The notes beneath the pieces were generated by a model. That model did no database searches. It was not told the DNA's origin and was given only the letters and a program-made list of their open reading frames with translations. This document shows, in pieces, positions 43,837-51,182 of a DNA stretch of 51,182 nucleotides. Origin of the DNA: a virus (lineage: Duplodnaviria; Caudoviricetes); IMG/VR virus record IMGVR_UViG_3300020045_011216, positions 1 to 51,182 of that record, one strand, 5' to 3'. The translations under genes and the position numbers were made by a program. How positions within the stretch are numbered: position 1 is the stretch's first letter; each line of letters starts with the position of its first letter.

Positions 43837-46038
43837 TCAAATCATCAAGTACAGATCAATGTAATTCATTACAGTCGGAATCACAACCGGCAGCTCGATG
43901 ATTACATGATCCTTGTTTGCAGCGTCTTGCTTGAGAGTCTTAATCTGGAAGTCCAGCAAGGGTGCACCAATCTTAGGAAGGGTTTTGCCTTGAAGAAGCT
44001 TGCCACTAGCATTGATTGTAGTCCGAAGAATCTGTAGCGTATCTGGCGTGATGTTATAACGACCTACGAAACCCTTTAGCTTGTCATAGAAGTAGTAAGA
44101 CAGGAAATCAATGTTTTTGACTTGTTGAACTTCACGATACTGCAGAACTGTCATATCCGTAGTCAGAGAGTGACGGATGTAAGGAATCGTTCCAGCAGCC
44201 TCTTGTACAACTAGTAGCGTACCGGCTCCAGCCATGTTGTTTAGCTGAGCGCGGGTAAAGTAGAAGTTTGAGTGCTTAACGTCAGCGATGCCAGCTAAAC
44301 CGATGTTTGTAAGTCCCTGCTGAGCTGGTAGACCTGAAACCAGGCCAGCCATGGCAGCACAGATATAGTAACCTGGAAGGTACTTGACTACACCGTCAAT
44401 CGTAACGCCAGCAAGGTCAGGCTGCACGTGGACAATACGGTTTGAGCCAAAGGTTGTGCTGGCCGCAATCACTGCGTCAGACTGCTGTGAGCGAGTCAGA
44501 TTACGGGAAACATAGAAGCTGACTGCGGTAGCGCCAGAAGGAGCACCTGCAATACCGACCTGTTGGTTACTAATGACTGAAGTAATAGTAGCCGTTGTAT
44601 ACGCAGGGGCCCCAGTTGAGATTGCTGTGATGTTAACAATATCGCCAGGGACAACGCCATCAGAGATAAACTGGGAATTCGAAGAAGTTAGAACATAGCT
44701 ACCCGTACCGTTTGCAATCGTATTATTACCGCCGTTGGCGTTAACCAGGTCTGGGCTGAACTGACCAATATACGAAACAGTAGGGATCGCAGTGTTAACT
44801 AGAGCCATTCTCCACGAAGCTTGCTCAGGCGTACTGAGTTGCTGAACGTGTTGCTGTACAGCAGCTAGGATGTCGACCTTTTGGGTGAGCGGTGTGATGG
44901 CATACAGGCGAACATTTTCAGCCAGATCTAGTGCGCCTAGATACCCGGTAAGGTCATCACTCTCTAGAGCAATAGCACGAATACGGCCAACAGTATTAGC
45001 AAGGGCCAGGTTAACACCAAGAGCCAGCGGATTACGGTCACTTGCTTCTCCTAGAACGCCGACTTGGTCGTCGATGCTGTTGATATCTAGAACTGAACCT
45101 GAAAGGTCAGTGCGCAGGGCACGATACTCAGTGTGAACACGACCAGATACTACAGTACCGTAAGATACAACGGGTAGTGGGTTAATCAAAACCGTACCTG
45201 CTGAAGCGGTATTAGCAGTAGAGTAATTCGTGTGGCCAGATAGAACCGTGGGAAGTAGAAGATTGTTGTAAGTCTTGCGGACTGAAATCGTAAACGGGGT
45301 AGTAATACCTACTGGCATTACATCGCTAGTCTTCAGAGCTGTTACGACGTTGTTCGTTGACGTGATAGCCATGACGGTCGTATTGAATACCGTCGAGCCA
45401 TAAGTAATAACTACTGCGTCACCTGGCTCTACGCGAAGAGTAGAACTGGTTTGATTCAGGTTATTAAACGAAGAGCTGGTAATTGCAGCAGAACCAGAAG
45501 TCGTGACAGCCGTGTCCGCGATTGTCACAGAAGCGCCGGAGATACTGAGAATTGTTGAGGATAGTGCAGTACCTGAGGCGCCTGCACCAGCGATAGAGAC
45601 TACGTCACCGACATTTAAATTCGTTGGGCTGGTTACAACAGTTAATACGTTTGATCCAGAGGTTGCGTTACCTGTACCCGTGTAAGCAGAGATTGCAACG
45701 GAGTTAGACCCCGCAGTACCTGTGGCACGAATAACCTTAGTCTCAACGCGAGAGTCATTCAGATAAACAAGTAGGGAGGATAATTCCACGACTTGTCCTG
45801 GCTTTTGACTAGGAAGATAGACTGTGTTATTGACAGTGTTATCAGTTAGCGTGAAAGCTACGCCCGCCTGATTTGTAGCAGAGGTTAGAGTTAGTGCAGC
45901 GGCAGAGCCTGCAACATACTCGACCAAGTTAAAACAAGGACCAATGATGCAAGCATCCAGATCGGGCGTGACGTTAGCCACCCCGCCATTGGAAGTGAGC
46001 TGTTGGTAGACTAGGACTGAAGGTACGACATAAGCCAT
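43837..46038 (-). CDS. Tail sheath protein
   Basis: 'MAYVVPSVLVYQ' start; C-terminal 'IRHSLTTD...YRE...KNIDF...PTVMNYIDLYL'. Confidence 0.8.
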   Translation of the reverse strand: MAYVVPSVLVYQQLTSNGGVANVTPDLDACIIGPCFNLVEYVAGSAAALTLTSATNQAGVAFTLTDNTVNNTVYLPSQKPGQVVELSSLLVYLNDSRVETKVIRATGTAGSNSVAISAYTGTGNATSGSNVLTVVTSPTNLNVGDVVSIAGAGASGTALSSTILSISGASVTIADTAVTTSGSAAITSSSFNNLNQTSSTLRVEPGDAVVITYGSTVFNTTVMAITSTNNVVTALKTSDVMPVGITTPFTISVRKTYNNLLLPTVLSGHTNYSTANTASAGTVLINPLPVVSYGTVVSGRVHTEYRALRTDLSGSVLDINSIDDQVGVLGEASDRNPLALGVNLALANTVGRIRAIALESDDLTGYLGALDLAENVRLYAITPLTQKVDILAAVQQHVQQLSTPEQASWRMALVNTAIPTVSYIGQFSPDLVNANGGNNTIANGTGSYVLTSSNSQFISDGVVPGDIVNITAISTGAPAYTTATITSVISNQQVGIAGAPSGATAVSFYVSRNLTRSQQSDAVIAASTTFGSNRIVHVQPDLAGVTIDGVVKYLPGYYICAAMAGLVSGLPAQQGLTNIGLAGIADVKHSNFYFTRAQLNNMAGAGTLLVVQEAAGTIPYIRHSLTTDMTVLQYREVQQVKNIDFLSYYFYDKLKGFVGRYNITPDTLQILRTTINASGKLLQGKTLPKIGAPLLDFQIKTLKQDAANKDHVIIELPVVIPTVMNYIDLYLMI

Positions 46039-46142
46039 GTGATTAGGTTCTCCGGAGTTTGTAGCCCTGACAATTCAAGGCAGAAAAGTGTTCGATAGAC
46101 TTATTTTAAACCCTAAGAACCTGGTTTATCAATCGGCTTAGT

Positions 46143-46736
46143 TTAAGTCTTCAAACTCACCTGTTGTAGAATAGCCTTCAACGCAGGTCCATCGTTTCTC
46201 AATCTCCAATGCTCCTCTTTAATCCAAGGAACATTTAGCTGAATCTGGAACTTAACCACGCCAGGGTCTTCGTCTTGAACCATCTGAGCATCAGAGACTC
46301 CGAGAGGTAACCCGAACTCTTTCCAGCCCTGGCTGTCGCAGAGAATAGGTCTGGTCCAGACAATGAAATGAGACACCATGTCTGCAAGCAGCTCACAGGT
46401 ACCTAAATTTCTAGCTTCGACGTAAACTGTAGCGTTGCCTTGGTAAAAGACCATGTTTGAAACGTCTTTAATACCTTTCGTATCAGAGAAAGAGGATTGT
46501 TGAGCTAAGTTATCAGTCAAACCTACTTTCCCTACAGAATACCCTCCACGAGCTACGAGTACTCTAGGTTTCTCCTGGATAGGAACTTTGTTGAAATCGA
46601 ACATTTCACCGATCTCCATTGTTCGGTGTTTTTCGTCATGATCCCAATACAGATTGGACCCTTGGGGATACCGAGAGAAGTAATAACGTAGAGGCTCTAC
46701 GATCAGGGGTGAGATGAGGCCGTTGGAGAATTGCAT
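46143..46736 (-). CDS. Tail completion/terminator protein (probable)
   Basis: 197 aa upstream of the sheath. Confidence 0.5.
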   Translation of the reverse strand: MQFSNGLISPLIVEPLRYYFSRYPQGSNLYWDHDEKHRTMEIGEMFDFNKVPIQEKPRVLVARGGYSVGKVGLTDNLAQQSSFSDTKGIKDVSNMVFYQGNATVYVEARNLGTCELLADMVSHFIVWTRPILCDSQGWKEFGLPLGVSDAQMVQDEDPGVVKFQIQLNVPWIKEEHWRLRNDGPALKAILQQVSLKT

Positions 46737-46747
46737 AAGATCTCAGT

Positions 46748-48151
46748 TTACTTCAATTTCTCAGGAACGTTTTGGACTTCTTGTTCTTGGAACCAGCCGG
46801 GAGTTGTCTTAATGTCGGAATCCAGGTAGCCACGCTCGAACCTGACAGGTGAAAACTTACCAGTCATTCTAGTAAGATACGCTTGCGAAGATTCTGGGCG
46901 AGGTTTAAGATTTTTAGCGACACGCAAAGGGATACCTGAAACCATTAGACTTGAAGCTCTTACAGCAAGTCTTCGTGTGAACCTAAATTGTAAATATCCG
47001 GAAGGATTGACTTGGATACCTGAAGTTGAAAAGGAAAGTTTTCTGCCGGGGCGAGTAAGGATACCACCTTGCGTAAGTACAAGTGAAAATCCAGAGACAG
47101 GGAATAGTCTTGTAACCCTAAGAGATTGGCTTGAAAGATTAGCTGACACGTGAGTGGGTTGCGTGAAGAGTTTCTTTCCACGAAGTACCCTGAATGCTGA
47201 AGTCGGAACTGATGTAACCAGGACTGAGGCTTTGGCACGTCTTCCAAAAAGTAGTCTAGATCCTGTAGAAGTCAATGCCTGCACTTCCAGGGATGAAGTT
47301 TGTACTCGCCTAGCCAATCTAATCTGAGAACTTGAAAAAGAAGAAGCAGTAGACGAGGTTAAACACTTAAGCCTTCTTGAGGAGAGTACACCTATGGACT
47401 CGGTATTAGCCTGAACTGGTTGAGTAGATAAGCTTAACCTTCTCTTGGCTAGAATTGTAGAGTTATGAGTAGCGCAGGAGAATTGCGCACTGGACGACGC
47501 AAGGAACCTACCTCTTAGTACTCTATACGGAACAAGTGAAACCTGAGCGGGAGTACTGGTTACAGCAAGTCTTCTGGTAAACCTAAAAACTACGGAAGAA
47601 CTTGATAATAAGTACTCTGTAGGCTGCAAAGCGTTGATTCTTCTACCTCGAAGAACGCGAGAGTTGTTAAAGTGAACGCTTGTAGCAGTAGAAGAGAGAT
47701 TTATCAATCTGCCAAACAGGACCCTTGAATTAAAAGGTTGGGCTTGAACATTGGCAGGACTTATTCCTAGTTTTCTAAAGGCTCGAAGTGATAGAGTTTT
47801 GGTTTCGGATTGGAGTGAAACAGTACCCGTAGGAAGTCTTTTTCCAACCAGTATTCGACTATTCTGAGTAATAACCGAGCTGGTAATCCGAGTAGAGCTT
47901 AGCTTTCGAGAGGCTCTAACTGAAACAACTTTAGGGGCTACGAGAACTGACCTCGTCGTAAACGAAGCTTTTCTAGTCAGTTTCCATAGAACGGAAGGCG
48001 TCCCTACGGAGTAAGATCTAACACTTACGGGGAGTTTTCTACCTCGTAGAATCCTGGTAGTGGATACTCCTGCTACAGAGACGGTAGACGTGGTTATAGA
48101 AAGAGTTCGAGTACTCTGTTCTCCAGCCTGAGAAAGAGCGCTGAACCACAT
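46748..48151 (-). CDS. Basic Ser/Thr/Arg-rich repeat protein
   Basis: Recurring R-x-L-x-G-R-x-L / R-x-x-R-x-L motif about every 22-24 aa. Confidence 0.65.
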   Translation of the reverse strand: MWFSALSQAGEQSTRTLSITTSTVSVAGVSTTRILRGRKLPVSVRSYSVGTPSVLWKLTRKASFTTRSVLVAPKVVSVRASRKLSSTRITSSVITQNSRILVGKRLPTGTVSLQSETKTLSLRAFRKLGISPANVQAQPFNSRVLFGRLINLSSTATSVHFNNSRVLRGRRINALQPTEYLLSSSSVVFRFTRRLAVTSTPAQVSLVPYRVLRGRFLASSSAQFSCATHNSTILAKRRLSLSTQPVQANTESIGVLSSRRLKCLTSSTASSFSSSQIRLARRVQTSSLEVQALTSTGSRLLFGRRAKASVLVTSVPTSAFRVLRGKKLFTQPTHVSANLSSQSLRVTRLFPVSGFSLVLTQGGILTRPGRKLSFSTSGIQVNPSGYLQFRFTRRLAVRASSLMVSGIPLRVAKNLKPRPESSQAYLTRMTGKFSPVRFERGYLDSDIKTTPGWFQEQEVQNVPEKLK

Positions 48152-48499
48152 TTAAGAAACCTGACGAATAGACCAAGGAATTGCGCGATCAGTACCAGAG
48201 ATCTTTTTTACAGTCATGTCCCAGCCATACATAAGGACGATAGAGGGTACAATATAGACAGGTTCAGAAACCACACCTGTAATACGCTTAGAAAAGCAAA
48301 GTCGTTGAGTTCCAGCAGAGATTGCCTTTTCATAAATGCGAATCTCATAAGTATCTGCGGTAGTCAGGTTTACTAAATCTAAAACTAGTTGAAAGATACC
48401 GACAGACGTGCTCGCTTGAGGCGCGGCTGTTCCCGTGATAAGAGAGGTTTCAGTTGTACTGAAGGTAGCCGATCCGGTGGTAAAAGAGGTGATTGCCAT
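48152..48499 (-). CDS. Hypothetical beta-rich virion protein
   Basis: 115 aa in a late operon. Confidence 0.6.
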   Translation of the reverse strand: MAITSFTTGSATFSTTETSLITGTAAPQASTSVGIFQLVLDLVNLTTADTYEIRIYEKAISAGTQRLCFSKRITGVVSEPVYIVPSIVLMYGWDMTVKKISGTDRAIPWSIRQVS

Positions 48500-48507
48500 A
48501 AAAGTAG

Positions 48508-49362
48508 TTAGTCCAAGGTATAGTAAGTGATACGAACGTATCCGTCTGAGCCTGCACCACCTGCTGCGCCACCACCACCGCCGCCGCCGCCAGCACCATA
48601 CGTACCAGCGGCAGGAGATCCTCCTTGAAGGCCCGCGTTTCCACCTACACCACCGAATCCACCGTTTGCACCTGTCCCAAATGCAGATTGGCCACCGCCA
48701 CCACCACCTCCATTAGTTGCGTTACCTGTGCCAGCAGTAGGCGTTGCATAAGACGAAGCCAAAGATCCCATTGCACTAGGAGATCCTCCTGAGAAGTTTA
48801 CGGCCCCGCCACCAGCTCCAGCTTGTGCTGACAAGAAATGTCTAGGGGCAAATGAAATCATACTAGCTGCTACAGCTACGCCCGCTGCGCCAACTCCCCC
48901 TGCGCCGCCAACACCGTAAGACCCATTTGCGCCTCCCGCACCGCCGTTAGTGGCCGTACCCGGCTGAGGGACCGTAGTCTTCGCACCTAATATAATCTTC
49001 CAACGAGCACCACCGACATCAAAAGTAGTATCTCCACCTTGAGTTCCTACTGCGCCTATTGCACCGCCAGATCCTGCAGCTCCGACAGTTATAACTATTG
49101 ATTGACCCGTGTAGAAGGGCATATCCGCCATTAATAGCATTTGACCACTACCACCTCCGCCCCCGCCTCCACCGGCTACCGAAAATCCACCAGCACCGCC
49201 ACCGCCTGCACCGCATGCGTCAAACTTAAGGTCGTAACAAGCGGGTACAACCCAAGTCCATGGCCCAGTTGTAGTTGTGGCATCGACAACGCCATCCGTA
49301 ACCATACCGGTTCCACGGATGAACTCAACGACGTGTTTGCGGATCTGAAGACCTGAGAGCAT
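48508..49362 (-). CDS. Glycine-rich fibre-like protein
   Basis: Gly-rich domain ending 'GAGSDGYVRI', paralogous to 39749..40939. Confidence 0.7.
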   Translation of the reverse strand: MLSGLQIRKHVVEFIRGTGMVTDGVVDATTTTGPWTWVVPACYDLKFDACGAGGGGAGGFSVAGGGGGGGGSGQMLLMADMPFYTGQSIVITVGAAGSGGAIGAVGTQGGDTTFDVGGARWKIILGAKTTVPQPGTATNGGAGGANGSYGVGGAGGVGAAGVAVAASMISFAPRHFLSAQAGAGGGAVNFSGGSPSAMGSLASSYATPTAGTGNATNGGGGGGGQSAFGTGANGGFGGVGGNAGLQGGSPAAGTYGAGGGGGGGGAAGGAGSDGYVRITYYTLD

Positions 49363-49371
49363 GGGATTAGA

Positions 49372-49797
49372 TTAAGTGATAGTGATGACGCCGTTAGTAG
49401 CGTCGAAGTCTAGAGTTAGAGTTTCTCCATCAGCAAGAGTAATAGAGCTACCGTAGTCGACAAAGCAAATCAACGGCTTAGCTGGAGTAGTCTGAGTGTC
49501 ATTGTAAATTGTGACATACCGCAGTGGGCCTACTGCACCACCGGTTGCAGTGAATACGTTATCTGTAATGGCAAGCTTTGCAACACCGGCCGAAGTTGTC
49601 CAAGTTACACCAGATAGAGTTACTCCGCCTGCTGAATAACCATTGCCTGCTGCAATCTGGGAAATATTAGCAAGGATAGTATTAGCTACGACAGGTGCGG
49701 TATTTGAAAACGCAGCCTTGAAAGTGTGAGATGCAAAGTTGTGGGCGCCAAGGCCGAGTTGATTGGTAAAATCGTCAAATTTCTGAGGGGCGGGCAT
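49372..49797 (-). CDS. Virion structural protein
   Basis: 'GNGYSAGG...DYGSSITLADGETLTLDF' typical of phage virion beta proteins; AAGGA RBS. Confidence 0.65.
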   Translation of the reverse strand: MPAPQKFDDFTNQLGLGAHNFASHTFKAAFSNTAPVVANTILANISQIAAGNGYSAGGVTLSGVTWTTSAGVAKLAITDNVFTATGGAVGPLRYVTIYNDTQTTPAKPLICFVDYGSSITLADGETLTLDFDATNGVITIT

Positions 49798-49838
49798 GGA
49801 ATTCCTTAATGGTTATGGTGAGTATTTTAAGCTTAGAC

Positions 49839-50711
49839 TTAGAATTCAGGGATGAATTCCGACCTCTTTGCAAGCAAGTTTTCGACATCGTTTCGACTCA
49901 ACTGAGTCAAGGTTAACATTTGGCGTACAGTATTAGATTGAAGCTCTGTGGATTGTACTTGAATTACCTTATAGACGTTCCAGTCTCCAGTTCTTACGAC
50001 GACATCGTCTGGGCTGAACTCTGGCAAAGATATTGTCCACGCCCCAATCTGGTTTGCTTCAAGATTTCCGAAGTAAGACTTGTTTCTGACGTTGCCAGTA
50101 GGTTCGAATTGAATGAAAGTAGGAACCGGGTCGTAGTAACCACCTTTAAAAGATGTACCATAACACACAGGGCAGTGGTCGTCCATAACCTTTTCGGTTT
50201 CCTTGCTCCAGCATCGAGGACAACGTTCTCCAAACATGCGCTTCTTGTAGATATAAGCCTTGACGCCTGCAAACTTAGATAGCAGCAAATACTCTCTGCG
50301 TTGAATCTCGGTTGCTCTTTTTTCAACCCAGTCGCGTCTTTTGTAATTCCATGACGTAGGTTGGGACTTGACTCGAAAACCTCTGCTCTCAATCAAGGCT
50401 TCAACTACGTACTTTGCGTTGTGGTACTTGGAATAGTCTTGGGCAAGGGGATTGGTGAAATGTAAGGAATCAATAGGAGTGCTTGTCAGGCGAGTGTAAG
50501 TACCGTCATCACCTGGGCGATAGTAGACGTGGAACAGGCAGGGGCCCCAAGTGTTTGGAATTTTCCATTCCAAGGAAACCTTAGTGAACCAATCAGGGTA
50601 CACGGTCACTTCAACGCTCTCGTTGACTTCGCTTTGTGGAATGCTTCCAGGGCCCGACGACTGAGGGCCTCGGGTGAACCAGGAGTGATCTAGAGAAACG
50701 GTAAAGCTCAT
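49839..50711 (-). CDS. Neck/head-closure-like protein with zinc finger
   Basis: 'GERCPRCW...CPVCYGTSFKGGY' followed by a closure-like beta domain. Confidence 0.55.
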   Translation of the reverse strand: MSFTVSLDHSWFTRGPQSSGPGSIPQSEVNESVEVTVYPDWFTKVSLEWKIPNTWGPCLFHVYYRPGDDGTYTRLTSTPIDSLHFTNPLAQDYSKYHNAKYVVEALIESRGFRVKSQPTSWNYKRRDWVEKRATEIQRREYLLLSKFAGVKAYIYKKRMFGERCPRCWSKETEKVMDDHCPVCYGTSFKGGYYDPVPTFIQFEPTGNVRNKSYFGNLEANQIGAWTISLPEFSPDDVVVRTGDWNVYKVIQVQSTELQSNTVRQMLTLTQLSRNDVENLLAKRSEFIPEF

Positions 50712-50772
50712 TGGAGGATTTTAGCTGAACGGGGTTTTTCGAGGGTTCTATTTAGACGAATGCGTAGGAAGC

Positions 50773-51182
50773 GTTTTAAGCCATTTAAAACCCTAACCCA
50801 AGGCCAGTGTAGCCACACCCATTTAAAACAGCTCTAATGGCCTTCCAGAGGCCTTCTAGAGGAAGCCTGGGGTAAGGCGGAAGGAGCCCTACAGCAACCA
50901 TACCGCCGATCTGTCCTGGGATGGCTTTGGGACTCAAAACCGGACAAGAAGCCATCCTCGTTTTCGGTTTTCGGACAAAATGGACGGAAAGTAGACAGGT
51001 GTCCTAAAACTTTTTAGAAACTGGACAAGCCTTTTCCCTGTGAAATCAAGCACTTAAGGCCGTTTGTCCAATTGTCCTAAAATTTTTCAGAAAAACATAT
51101 ACAGCTTTAGGAAAAGTCACTTCAACTTGCAGCAACACTAGGGAGCGTCTGTATTATAAATATAAATTTTAAAAAGTAAGTA
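50773..51182 (-). repeat. Right terminal inverted repeat (410 bp)
   Basis: Reverse complement of 1-410. Confidence 0.97.

Noticed and set aside
1-51182. Transposon or IS-bounded element suggested by the inverted repeats
   Set aside because: No transposase or integrase recognised, the cargo is lytic phage genes, and flanks are not visible to test for target duplication
1-51182. Complete phage genome
   Set aside because: Major capsid, portal, protease, endolysin and DNA replication genes were not recognised
1-51182. tRNA or rRNA genes
   Set aside because: No cloverleaf or rRNA-like sequence noticed in the short intergenic gaps; tRNAscan was not run

Overview
The window is a 51.2-kb segment of a large contractile-tailed (myovirus-type) phage of a Gram-negative host, bounded by perfect 410-bp terminal inverted repeats. 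Minus-strand late genes include terminase, sheath, tube, a frameshifted tail chaperone, tape measure, baseplate/spike, neck and several receptor-binding or depolymerase proteins. They also include a sigma-70-like factor and a stand-alone RNA polymerase beta' zinc-module protein. Four plus-strand blocks each start at a conserved TGGTATAAG-(A/T)AGTA promoter motif. The first is a complete ubiquitin-like conjugation operon (Ubl, E2-D, JAB with a -1 frameshift cassette, E1/ThiF). The second holds accessory genes (HD hydrolase, metallophosphoesterase, Rap1a-like, spanins, Thg1-like). The third is a retron-type reverse transcriptase overlapped by an upstream ORF whose 5' half is packed with hairpins, a candidate RNA hidden inside a coding sequence. 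The fourth is a 673-aa/131-aa gene pair. No capsid, portal or replication genes were recognised, so this is probably not a whole genome. All calls come from motif reading by eye; no searches were run.
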